Notes under the pieces: generated by a model
Databases searched by the model: none
What the model was told of the DNA's origin: nothing
The model's input: the letters and a program-made list of their open reading frames with translations, nothing else
Shown: in pieces, positions 34,270 to 46,960 of the stretch
Layout: every line of letters starts with the position of its first letter
Numbering within the stretch: position 1 is the stretch's first letter
Assembly (NCBI GenBank): GCA_010909165.1
Contig: VJWM01000182.1
Coordinates: 186,001 to 250,000 of the forward strand
DNA length: 64,000 nucleotides
Origin: Anthoceros angustus
Lineage: Eukaryota; Plantae; Anthocerotophyta
Reading direction: 5' to 3'
Position numbers and translations under genes: made by a program

Positions 34270-37200
34270 ACTACTGTCTCGAGGGCAAGAGGGATGAAAG
34301 CGTGGCCGTCCGTCATCGGAAAAGTATCAACCTATACTTTATAGTTCAGGGCGCTTTCAGAAAGAATTTAAATTGAAAGTTTTCAACATCATCTATATAT
34401 TTTGTGTACTTATATGGAAAAGAAGAACAAAAGTTCTATTGCACTCCACTAGGGACTTAAGGAACCTCCAGACATGGCAATGGGTTCATATCTCATACTT
34501 CACACATCTGTTTCATACAATGCTAAAATCCAACGATAAAAAAAGGAAGGGCTACACGCCCGTATTTTTTTCATGAATATTTTATGCCTAAACATAAGAT
34601 CCGTTTCTTTCCAAAAAAATTAGTCGGCCCATCTGGAGTTAAGTGAAATCATTATGTACTTTCTAGAGGTACTCATGCTAAGCTTGAGCCTATTTGTAAG
34701 GCCATGTAAGGGCCCAATGTAAGTGTATAGTAGGCAGAAGTACACATTATGTAAGGTGGTCAAGTTTTATTAATTACATTATTATTGTCTTGCATCTTAC
34801 AACCCTTGAATTCAATATTGCTTCTGTCCCTATCGTTATAGTCATGGCCATTGTATACCAGGTTATGGGCCTACGCACTGGCATAACGAGATTGGAGCTG
34901 TTCCAAGTTGTGTGAAAGTGATTGTCAGCTTCGATGGTTCTAACTTTCACCTTCGAAGCTTTAAGATGTAAATGGTGTTGGTGAAATGGAAGCTCTAGAA
35001 AATTATGGCAAGATACGAGGAGGTCCAGGACCTCAGGACGTAGAGCAATAAGAAAATGTGGTAGGTCGATCTTCTAGTACAAGACCACGTAGGGCATGTG
35101 CAGTGCAACAGCCTATAGTTGCTGCCTTCGTTAAGAGGAAGCAGAAGATGGCCACAAAAACACCTAACAAGAAACAGAAGTTGGGCACTTTGTGCCCCTT
35201 CCCAATAGGTATCACTCAGTAGTAGATCACTCAAATACCTTGCACCCTTTGTAGATGCCAGCATCACCTAAACATGTAACAGAATCTGGACTATGTCCTG
35301 TTGCCGCACTCACATGCTGTAATTGTGAGGAAGGTATTTGTGCTGCTGGAAAGCAAATTCGCTCAACAAAGGTGGCCGTGCCGGAGTCGAGGTACTCCGA
35401 AATGCTAATGCTGCCAGTTCTAGAATGCATGTAAGGAAGGGTGCATACAAGTTAACCATTCAATATGCTTTGCTTCTACGTTTCCGTTCTACATTTCCCT
35501 GCCCGTACCTTCCCTTCCTTTCTCAAAGTCTGGAATGGGAGAGTGCTCAGCAATGTGAGACATCTTCTCTCGTTGCATCGTAGCTTCTTGTTGCCTAGGG
35601 TGGAACCAGGTTTGTGGCGTGATCTAGCGCAGCAGAAGGATGGCATAGGCTCAACTACCTGCCACCAGTGATACCACACAGCAGCAACAACCCAAGCTCA
35701 TTTGCACCAAATACTTTGATGCCATCTACTTTTGCTACTGTGAGTCGATCTGCATTCTATGACCGCAAGTGAGGACTTCTCTTGATATCTATCGCACAAG
35801 CTTATATGGTCAGCTGTTTTTTACAGCCCTTGCTTACTAGATGACCAAGTATTACCGAGAAGGGGCATTTGATGATTGCAGAGGCAAGTGATCTGCTTTG
35901 TGGGACTGCGTTGCGATGAAGAGGAAACCAGCCGCTGAAGTGGAAGTAAGCTGCCCCTCTGTTAGCATCTCTTGTTCTGGATGTGTAGAATCTGCGAACG
36001 AACATTTGTCTTGGCCTTTTTGGTGTTGTTTGCTTGCATAGGTATACTTGGATCAAAAAGTTAGGCCCAGCGGAAGCCAGCACCAGCTAGTAGGCCAGAG
36101 TCTCCAGTGCTCTCTGTTCCCGCTCGACTGCGGACTATGGACCGGAGTCGTGGATGCTTGGTGCCGTGGAGCAGGCCAAGAGGCAACTGCATCTGATAGT
36201 TGTGATTGAGAATTTGGCGACATCCCTATCTTTGAGCTAGCTGCGAGTGTCATGGCTAGGTTTGCAGCCAGCAGTTCCGGGAAAGTGTGGCTTACCGTTT
36301 GTTTGTATTGGTGCAGTACGTTGATGCAGGGAAGTCATCCTGGATGGGGAGGATTTTGTGGTCCCTCAGTAGTATTTCTACAAAGGATATGCTCAACAGA
36401 TAGCTCCTGCTTATGTCATTCTGGATGGTGTTTGTCGTGTGGCCATCGTAAGGTTTTCTATGTGCAATGTTTTCTCTGGGAAATTTGTGCAACTTTTTGG
36501 AGACATGCAATTTGTCTGACAAGTTTGAGAGCCATCTACAAAGACAACCAATTGTGTCGGTGCAGAGTCGAGACCACTTTCTTACTCCCAAGGTCAGATG
36601 CCTAGGGGAGCAACGAGAAGAATGCAGGAAAGGCTAGATATGGCAACAGACTAGATCCTCATAGAAGTTCAAATGAATGCAGCATGCATTCACAACAAGG
36701 TTTGTTGAGTTCGTGACTAGCTAAGACTTATTGGGAGACAAGATAAGGAGCAGTTTGCAATCGGGAGGCAACAAAGATGTTAGAATGTCTAGCCCATACA
36801 CGTAAATCTAGTTCCGCTGGGGGTGCAATGGTGTGTAACAAGGGATATGGTTAGGGAAACATGGTGTATCCTACATAGTTTGAGTTAGGCAGTGCACACA
36901 CGAGTGTCCATACCACACACGAGTGTATGGACAAGTGAGAAGGAGAACACAGTACCCATGATATTCAAGGGGCTGTGCCTGTTTTCTGTAGAGATAAACT
37001 ATGGCTGGTTATGACAGGACTTTCACAAGGTATAGTAGCTTCACGTTAGTCTTTCACAAAGTGGAAAACGGGTTCAGGCGCAAGTGAGTTTTGGCGTCAG
37101 CAGTTATAGTGATCGAACGGAAATGAAACGACCCAACTTTGCACCACAATGCGATGAAGAATAAATGTTAACCGAATGGCTTTGCAAACATGGTGACAAG

Positions 37201-37654
37201 CTGAAAATAGAAGAAAGGGGACAAGCTTCGAAGCATGTATGTTAACACATCAGAATCTACACACTCACACAGAGAAAACCGTTAAGAGAATAAGAGCAAC
37301 TGACCTATCATCGTAAGCTTTCCCCTTTCAAAATTCGAGTAGGGCTTACCTAGCTATGGACCCACTCCTGGAAAGCGTGGGGCCTGTTTTAAACGCGCTT
37401 CTCTAAGCCGCTTCTACCCGTACTGATCCAATCCAAAGAACATTTAACTATGGAGTTCCAATGAACTCATGTACACGTACCCCATATTTGGCCCGTCCAA
37501 AATTAAAACAACCAAAGCGAGTAAAGGCGACAAATCAAAATTTGGCTACATGAGAGTGATTGCCAACCCGCTTATCAGGTCGATAATTACCTACGTAGGT
37601 TATCAAGGGCCACCATCAAAGCAACAAGGGAGCACTATCGATTTATTATGAATT

Positions 37655-37790
37655 ATCGTCTCAAATGACGGTGAACTCGCAACGAGCTCACCGTGAATTG
37701 GTAACGAACTCGCAACAAGTTTACCGGTAAACTCGTAACCACCTCACGGCGAACTTGCAGCGAACTCACGGTGAACTTGCAACGCGAGGG
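37655..37790. repeat. Degenerate ~20-bp minisatellite upstream of the LRR-RLK
   Basis: Recurrent CGGTGAACTCGCAACGA-like units. Confidence 0.6.
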
Positions 37791-38523
37791 AGTCCGGCGC
37801 GCCCAAGAGGATAATGGCCGAATGAACGCCCAGCGTAGCCGCGATCGCAAAATATTACATTATTCTGTAACAAGGGCAGGGTTTGACTCCTTCCACGTTC
37901 CACTGTACCTGTGACATGGAATCAGATTCTCGCCAGATTGACTTGTGGCTTTCAACCGCGGGTGACTTCAGGAGTGCGGAATCCGGACAGAGGAAGCGAT
38001 CTGAAGTCAAGCTTGGCTTGACGCGGAGTCTGGCCCCGCGTTGTCCGTCAGGCCGACTCCCGATCGCCTCACTCCTCTCTTCTCCACTTAATCGGCTACT
38101 CAGGTAGCGTACAACACGCTGTGAATCTCTCTGTGCCTCCTGGAACCGCCACTCCCCTGTGCCAGGATCACGAAAATTTTCTGACTTTCCACCGGTTTGT
38201 TTGTTTGGGCTGGGACCTGGATTGGATGTTGATTCCGCAACTTTCGATCCGGGGACTGGACTTCCTCCCATTCATCTCTCCCAGTCAGAGTCTTGTTCGA
38301 TATCCTTTCCGTCACATGCTGAGAAACAAAATGTGCTGGGGAGACGTGGTCTGGAACTCCTGGTTGAATCCTATCGACTTTGAACAGATCACTACTGGTT
38401 ATAGCTCATCACACTGAAAAACTACACTTCCTTGTGCTTCAGCTGTCATCGGATTGAATTCGGCCTTCTCATCAAGCTGCCGTCCTTTTGGAACTGGTTT
38501 ATTCCTGTCCTCTGTGGCTTGCA

Positions 38524-41500
38524 ATGCCTTGGACGGCTCACCTATTTCCTAGACGCAACACGGTGACGCAAGTGGCCTGTCTGTCTCTTCTTCTTCTGCT
38601 TGTGCTGGCTCGCATCCCCGCAGTGCGCTCCCAGGTCTCTCGCCAGCAAGGTACCAACAGTCTACCCTAACCTGCTAGGCAAGGATTGGTGCCAGGACGT
38701 TTATGATTGTGCAGGGCGGCATGTGACTCCTGCTCTCTCAACATTGGGTGGGATCTTATGAATGTGTCCGCAGGACAACGTCTGCGGGAAGTTGCGAGCA
38801 ACAATGGTTGGAACCTTCCGTCCTGGGATGCAAATGCGGATCCTTGTGACATTCATATGCCTTGGGATGGAGTCAAGTGCGAGGAGTCTACCATTGTTTC
38901 CCTGTAAGACTGCCTGATTATAGATGTACATTCTACTGCACTTGTCAATGCGGCCTGCAATGTGAGTGAGTCGCAATTGTAATGATTCTGCCAGGAACCT
39001 CACGAACCACAACCTCAAAGGGGACCTGCCTTCGGATCTGTTTTCAGCTCTACCAAACTTAACTCATGTGTAAGTTTGGACTGTACAAGCTTGTAACCAG
39101 CTTTCAAACAGCGTCTCAATGATTCGGATGCATATGCTACATGTTTTGGGTGTGCTGTCACCTGGGACCGCCCCCACCTGAAGCAGTTTTGCAAACGTGA
39201 GACTGAAATGTGCAGGAATGCTCGAAAGGCTGCTAAAACTTCGTCATGACATATTTGCAGGTTGCTTGGGCAGAATAGCTTCACAGGAGTACTTCCAGAA
39301 AGTCTTTTCCAGCTCAGCTCGCTGACACAACTGTGAGAACACCTCCAACCCGCCTCGTGTGAAAAATGCTCTCATTGCACACGCACTGAAACAGCTGCTA
39401 GGTCAGGTTCAATAAACTGCATGTCTGACAGCATTTGTTCCAGCAGGGATCTTTCATACAACACTTTTTCAGGTACTCTATCAAGTGAATACCTGGCTAG
39501 TCTACAAAACCTGCAAGTTCTGTGAGTAGTCTGCAGCTCAAACACTTTCTAATGCGGGTTTATGTAATGCGTGAGTGGCCAGTATGACGTGCGGTTTTGC
39601 GATGACACATGCTTTTGTGCAGGTCCTTAACTGGCAACAATTTTGACACCTTTGATCTCAATTTCACTGTCCTAAAAAGTCTCCAATACCTGTAAGCTAC
39701 CAACGCGTTCTTCAAACTGTGTGTCTTGGCCCCAGTTGGGTCTACATTTGACTAAGATATGATCTTGAACTGGGCCCAAGAACTGGTACTCGTCGATCCA
39801 GTCTGATCATAGCATCTTGAAACTGTCCTACGCAGGCTTCTAGGTCATAATTTGCCTTCACCGGTTGCCGGTGAAGGCAAATCTTCCGGTTGCAAAGTAC
39901 GGTTTTCAGATGGTGCCCATGAGCTGCAGGAGATCATAGCAATGTAAGATAAATCGTGACAAGCACCTCTGTGTTTTGCTCTGAATTCACACGTTTCACA
40001 TTATCTACAGACTCGTCTATTTTGCGGTCTATGTAGTGGTGTCAAGAAGCAGAGATCTGTGTGTATTGGTGTCATGGAGGACTCCTGTGAGTAGTGTTTC
40101 CATTTTCCTCAGATATTCTTGAGTTCTTGAACCTTCCTGGGTCTTTATGTGTTATGCTCGGCAACATGGTTTATCAGTTCGGTGTTTTGGTTGCTGATTT
40201 CTTGGTGGACTCTATGCGATTGGGCCTGATGACCGCTTCGATGGTACTTCAACAGAGATTTGGAAGGTAGCCAATTTGTCAGGGGACTACCCAAAGATCT
40301 GTGGAGCCGTCCATTGCTGCAAGTTCTGTAAGTCCTTGATTGCTTGTACCTTTTAAGGTTCGTATTGCAGATTGCATCATGTCAAGTCTGAGAAAAAAAA
40401 ATTTGTACTCAGAGGTGGCCTCTGCTCGATATTGGTCTTGCAGTGTTCTCGAAGGAACGAATTTTGGACTGAAAGATTTGCCTTCACCGGAAAACATATC
40501 CCAATCACTTCAGTATTTGTAAGCTGGTTGTGTTTCCTTTCGTTGACCTTGTGTCCAAGCAAGTGTTATTTTTGTCTGGTCTTTGATTGTCCGTGTATTG
40601 ACTTCAGGTCCCTCCCTGAAGGGTTGAGGGTGCCTCCACAATTACAAAATTTGGTTCAGAACAGGTTCACTCCTTTCTTAAGCTTGATCGACCTTTTGTA
40701 TCAGAATGTGTCTCTATCCCAGATGCTGCCCGCAGATATTGACAGTCAGTGATGTGGTACAATTGCAGCTCTCGCCCAGATGCGCTGTGCAACTATATTG
40801 GGCAATGGATTCGATGTGTTACTCCTCCACATTCTCCTGGTCCTTCGCAATCACCGGAACCAAGGCTGACTGTGGGAGCAGTCGTTGGCATTACCTTGAG
40901 CTCCACAGTACTCCTGTTTGTGTGCGTGGCTTTAAGTGCTGTGTTGGTGTATAAAAAATGGCAAAGTAACAAGTCCGATGAGGATTCCTCATGTAAGTTT
41001 GTGCGCAGCTATCCTTTGATGTTTGCCTTGTCCTCGTCAATGTCGACAACTGTGTCTAAAAGGAAATATAGTCCTGTACAAGCCCTGATTGTCGTGACGC
41101 CGGAGATGAGAGTGTGTGATAACATGCCGCATCCTTCTGTGCCTGGAAACTGACTGCTGATCTTTTCCAGGGTTGAAGCGAGAGGCAGGCCCAGCAAGTT
41201 CAGATCCTTCTGTAGACTCAGGTCCCGGGGGCCATTTTATGATACCCATTTCGGGACAGATTTTCACTTACCGGGAACTCCAGTTTGCCTCCAACGGTTT
41301 CGACACGAGGCATCAGATAGGCCAGGGAGGCTTTGGTCGGGTTTATCGTGCCATGCTTACTAGTGGAAAGGTCATTCCAGGTTCTTCGTTGTGGAGGGAG
41401 TAGCTAATTTTCATTTGCTGCGTCAACAAGGTCACGAGCCTTTTGCCTGCTTATGTAACCTCTGCAACCGGGTTGGTCGAATTCAGGTGGTTGCAATAAA

Positions 41501-42784
41501 ACAGATGGACGAAGAAGTTTGTGGAGCCCAAGGGGAAAGGGAGTTCCGGGTAGAAGTCGACATGCTGAGTCGCTTGTGTCATCCGAACCTTGTGAGGTTG
41601 CTAGGCTATTGTGCAGATAGCAGACACAGACTCATAGTGTACGAGTATATGCAAAACGGGTCTCTACATGACTACTTTGAAGGTCAGTGTTCGCTTGTCG
41701 ATGTGGTGACTACGTTGTGGTGGAAATGCTAGGTACTGTTGCTGGCAGCAGGTGATCAGCTGCGGGGAAGAATGTGTGTTGGTCTGTTCTGGAGCGGCAG
41801 CTGGTTTTTACGATAAAGCCTATTGTCTTTGCAGCAAAGCAAGTGAAGGATACGGGAAAGAAGTTGGACATGCAAAAGAGATTACTAATAGCCTACGGTG
41901 CCGCAAAAGCATTGGAATACCTGCACTCAGGCGGGGGTTTAGGATTCCCAATCATTCACCGAGACTTCAAGGCATCAAACATATTGCTTGACAGCGGTCT
42001 TCAAGCTCGGGTAGGGTGCTGTGCAGCAACTCGACCTTTTGGTGTCCTCTGTGTAGTGGTGGTGCATAATCTAATCAACTGGCTCCTCACTTCCTCAGGT
42101 CTCTGACTTTGGACTGGCCAGAACTATGCCTGGTCCTCAGAGGACTCATGTGAGCACTCGCGTGATCGGCACATTTGGGTATTTTGATCCCGAGTACGCT
42201 GCGGTAGGTGACTCCAATCCCGAGGTGTAAAGCAGAGTGTGTTGGGCGAGTTGCATGTGACTTGACTGACCGGCTGGGACGGTGCTGGCACTGAATTGCT
42301 TGAAGCTGTGATGGTGGCACAGACGGGGCAGCTGACAATGAAGACAGATGTGTATGCCTTTGGTGTCGTCCTCCTCCAACTTCTCACTGGCAAGGCTCCA
42401 ATTTTGTGCGCGGACGAAGACGGACCCCTGGGGATCGTGTCCTGGGTGAGGTCCTCAGACTGCTTTGCAGATTTGCTGGCAGTCACACCCCGCCAGAGGC
42501 TTGGATCTGAGTCTAACCTAAGGTTTTTGCAGGCTATCCCTGGATTGACGGTGAGAAAGAAGATGGTGAAGATGTTGGACCCGGACTTGGGAGACTCGGG
42601 CGAGTACTCCGTTCGGAGCGCGCTGAAGCTGGCAAATCTGGCACGTTTGTGCGTGAAGGACAGTTCTGCAGACCGCCCAAGCATGCTGGAATGCGTCAAA
42701 ATTCTGGAAAAGATTTTGCTAGAAGCCAATTCGTTCAGACAAAGGGGCCGTTCTTTCCGGCGCCTTGTGTCGCTAGTCCAGTGA
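38524..42784 (+). CDS. Leucine-rich repeat receptor-like Ser/Thr kinase (multi-exon, roughly one LRR per exon)
   Basis: Signal peptide; WDANADPC...WDGVKC LRR-NT cap; LRR exons ([35 protein letters not shown]); TM helix; kinase motifs [34 protein letters not shown] and DVYAFGV. Confidence 0.93.
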
Positions 42785-43083
42785 CTCAATATCACGTATA
42801 CGTGTTGTAATGTAGTGAAGGATTATTAATTCAATTATTTGGGGCGCTGTCACCTAGTCTAAAATTAGACAGGTTGTATACATGACCGTTGTTCAACGTT
42901 CCTCTCTTGCTGCGCACACGAGGCAGTGGGTACTCTTCAATGCCTACCTTCCCCAGGACCAGTGCCGAGTCTCCGCATTCCTGAGCCTGCCATTCTCGAA
43001 CCTGGTGCGCTCACATGAGCAGCAGCAACTGGTGAGCAGCGGAAGGGAACATCGCGGAGCGGTTGCTTGGTCTCAGTGCTGCA

Positions 43084-43886
43084 ATGGAGGCGCCTGCCAC
43101 TCCGGACGTGAAGCAATCCCCGTCTCCAGCTGATCATGAGGCGGCCGCAAAGCCTGAGGTTGAGGAGCCGCAAGCGGGCGAGGAGAAGCAGGCGGAGTCG
43201 TCAGGAGTTGCGCTCAAGCAGGTCACCACTCCAGTGTTCAACAAACTGCCGCTGCTGGCACAGGACAAGTTTGCAACTCCGCCTTCCGGGAAAGCGGGTA
43301 CGCCTCCCCTGCCCCGCGCAAACCCGGTTCTGACCGAGAGGAACAAGGATGTGGATGCCAGGAGGCCGAACGCTTTGCAATTGCCTCCAAAGAATTTTCT
43401 GCGGCATCAAGAGAGGTAAAACTTCGCATTCTGTTCGACATTGCAACTCTCGTGTCCAGGAGCTGAACTCGCTCTTAAGTTTGCCAGCAACCTTGTTTGC
43501 TTCGTGTAGGTACATGAGCCCCACAGATACCATGGTGTCACCGATCTCGAAAGGTTTGCTCCTCAGGAACCGGAGACCTGTGAGGATGACGGCACCACTG
43601 GCACCCCCGAAGGTTAGCGTGCTGCAACGCCTCTGGCCTTGTTTCCTCGTCATTTCGCAAGCATTTGTTGAACTTTCGCACTCCGCTCAGCTGCTGCATC
43701 TTCAGGCGCAAGCTGTGGAGGTGGTTTCTGAGCAAGTTCTGTCATGTGGTTGCTACTGTAGGATAGACGTCTCAAACGAAAGCGAGATTATGGCTCAGAT
43801 CCCTGAATATTCCTCTTGTGTTGGTGCTGCAGGCGTTGGAGACCTCATTTGAGAATGAAAACTCGCTGTCTAGGTTGAACCGTTAG
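43084..43886 (+). CDS. Small disordered protein with a Spo12-like SPTD-x-x-SP-x-S motif
   Basis: Exon 1 ends at 43415 and splices in frame to YMSPTDTMVSPISKGLLLRNRR. The later exon boundaries are less certain. Confidence 0.6.
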
Positions 43887-44133
43887 GATCCGTGCACAAG
43901 CTGTTGAGACTCGGAATGGTCGTTTCTTTATAACTCTTGTGGACGGGCTGTAGATTTGTAAATACTGTTTTGGAGTGGGCATTGGCACCCCTGAACAATC
44001 CAATTTCTGGTTAAGGTGCCGCAAGCTCGCTCGGACACACAGGGACGTGTTTTAGCTTAGACACGGCGCAGGGACCACGGTGTGGTGCTGACATCTGTAG
44101 GTTGGTAGCATAACCTTTCATTTCAGGCCCTTA

Positions 44134-46821
44134 TTATACTCTTCCACCTTGGTTGATGAGTTGACAGATTCTTTGCTTTGAAGCTTCAATTTCCTGTATT
44201 GATGCATCTGCAAGCAAGAGGTGCACCTGCACTCTTCCATCTGCGTCCCCCACAGCGAGGAAGTTTTCTGTATGCCTGTGTGACACTCCCTGAACAGTAC
44301 TGCTACAATGCAATTCGGGATTATAGTTTCCAGATACCCCAAAAGCAGAAGCTTCCACAGTCTGATTGATCAAAGTCTGCGAGGCTATGGAGCTGTTAAG
44401 CAAGTCCCAGCAGTCCAACACCTTGGATGCGCGCAAGACGAAGAAAACCGAAGGCACCGCAGGGGACCATTGCAAGCCAACAATTTTGTCAATACTGGGA
44501 CAGGCTGATTCCCAGCATTGCAAAGGTGAGCTCTGGTTGGTAGAGAAAAGCGCCACGCTCCCGTCACCATAAGCTACCAAAAAACAGTCGTCCACGAAGG
44601 GCGAGAAGGACGAGCAGATGGCTGGAGCAGGTGCCGCTGCTCCGAGATCCCGGGAATATTTCCTTGGAGATTCCAGGTTGCCGAAAAGCGCTACTCTGAG
44701 ACACAGGCCCCTGTCGGTTGTTATCAGAAGGTGGTGGGCACAGTTTGGGAAGAGACTCAAATGGGTGGCTCCTTGCATCTGTAGTCCTCCACCATTTCCT
44801 GGCAAGGCAAGGCAAGGAATGAAGAATCGTGAGACATGGATCGCCACCTCCCTGCCCTTCCGGTCGCAGAGGCAAGAAACATTGCAAGGAAAGGCGAACA
44901 CGTTTATTACTTTCCAATCCGCCGAAAGCGCTGATTTGTGCAGTCTTCATAAGGCATATGCAACCACCAGGCCTGAGACCATGATTCCTGTACTGTTCTT
45001 GTGGCCCGACTTCCACGGTGACCCACAGGTGGACGTTGCCGAGAGTATCAACGGTCAGTATCTGCGAACTGGCTGACCTAGTCGCGATTGAGCAAATAGG
45101 AGCCTGGTGATTGTCTTCCACTTGATGGTTGCTACTGTATGATGGCCAACAGGGACGGTCATTGTGCCATGATTCTGCTTCGGAAATGGAAGCTTGCAAT
45201 TGCCATAGAGAAACACTGCCTGCCACACACCATAAAAGAATACATTATCTTCCAACGTTAGATTACAACTACACCAACAGCAGAATCAAGTGGTGTGGAA
45301 GAGGAAAGAAAGTGTACCAGCGTCAGAACCACACACCACCAAACGCTGCTGGTCACTCCCAAGCTGCTGTGCCCATGCTACACAATTTGCAGTCCCCTCC
45401 AAAACTAGAACATGTCGAGGCTGCGCCGGCTTTAGAACGTCCCAAACGCACACACAGCCTTGCAATGCATTCACCACGCCTGGGTGCAGGGAACAGCTGT
45501 AGGCACACAGCACAAGGGATGTCCCTGCTTTGTGGGAGACGTCTAACACAGTTCGTCCCATGAGACGCTCCTTCCAGGACAAATCCACGTGACCAGCGCA
45601 AACTGCTTGTCCATCACGTCCGCACACCAATTCCGAGAGACACGTTGCCTCCTGCCAACAAGCACATCCATGTACGTGAAGGCGTGGGTGGGTGCTTGCT
45701 CCAAAGCATAGCGAGTCCTGTGCTCACCACTTTCGTTTGCATGGATGTTAAACCTCCAATCACTTGTGCAGCATTCACCAAGAGTAGCCTGAGTTGTGTC
45801 TCTTCCGCTTTCTCCCGCGCCCAGGACACCAACTCCTGCTTACTCGAGTGTGTGACTGAAGGATGCGAGACGGCTGCAACTGGTGAGCAGTGACGCCCAT
45901 TGTTGGGCACTTGGGCAGCAACGTCAACCTGTGTCACCTGTTACCATCCCAGCAGCTGTCATGCTGTGCAAGCTGGCCATACACGAGACTTGGGACAGCA
46001 CACACAAACCTAACCTTTGTAGTCTGTGTGTCCCGGGTACAAACATCATCATATGTCTGCGTGATGGCAACAGCAAGACGTGCTGCAGGGCCACAGCCAC
46101 TTGCAAATAGGTCATGCAAGCTCATGGGGCCTTGAGAGAAAATCTTGAAGCTAATCTGTTTCAAGTGATCCAGGTTTAGCTTTGGGCTTGACTTTGGCTT
46201 TGCCTCTGCCTCTGCCTCTGCCGTGGCTTCCTCCTTGGATACATACACATCCTCTACTTTGCTGTACAGCAGATTATGGGTTTCCTCACAGGCCTGTACA
46301 ATCTCTGCAACTTCCTCCTGTGCACCGCAGTGCTTTGCATTGTCTGAGTGAGGCAAGCCCGGGCCACCTCCCTGCCAGATGTTGGTACACACCTTGGGGC
46401 TCGCCTCATATGACTCGAAATCGTCATCGTAACGCTCGAACTCATCGTCCGCATAATCATCCTCAGCCTTAGGCACCACAATCGCCAGTGGGATTTTGGG
46501 CTTCTGAATCACTGCTTCTTGCTTTTCTGGGGCGGGGGTTATTGGCAGCTTGCTCTTCAGCCTGGGCTTGGCGTCTTCGCCTCGGAGGGGAACTCTGGCT
46601 GCCTTCTGGATGGGCTGCACCTGTGGCTCATTCACATGAGAAACATGGCGGGCTGTTGTGTCTGCTGATTGAGTTTAGGTTGGCACCTTGCTAGACTTGG
46701 CGGCCTTGGAAGCAGCATCGTTCAGGTGCCCGCGAGCCTCCGCTGCTGCTGCTGGCTTGGCGCTTGCTCGGTTGACTGTAGGTACTGGCGGCTTGGGATT
46801 GAACAGGCCGGAGCGACGCAT
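44134..46821 (-). CDS. WDR60: Cytoplasmic dynein-2 intermediate chain WDR60/FAP163 (retrograde IFT)
   Basis: YDDDFESYE acidic motif, TRDTQT, VCVWDVLKPAQPRHVL, TVDTLGNVHLWVTVEV...GLRPGG, SFSPFVDDCFLVAYGDGSV and GLQWSPAVPSVFFV are collinear with WDR60 as I recall it. Confidence 0.85.
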
Positions 46822-46960
46822 TGTTCGATTCCCCAGGTAGTAGCCTCCTTGTTTCTCAACGGACAAAGCTTCAGTTTGCTGGTCGCGGCCAATCCACTCA
46901 TAACCGCCGCATGGCTAGCCAAGCAAGACAAGCGCCGGCTCTCAAGTGAAACTCGTAGCC

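Noticed and set aside
35000-37400. Possible spliced minus-strand gene divergent from the LRR-RLK
   Set aside because: Some GT-AG signals are present, but I could not assemble a coherent reading frame. It may be a lncRNA or decayed sequence and cannot be supported without RNA data.
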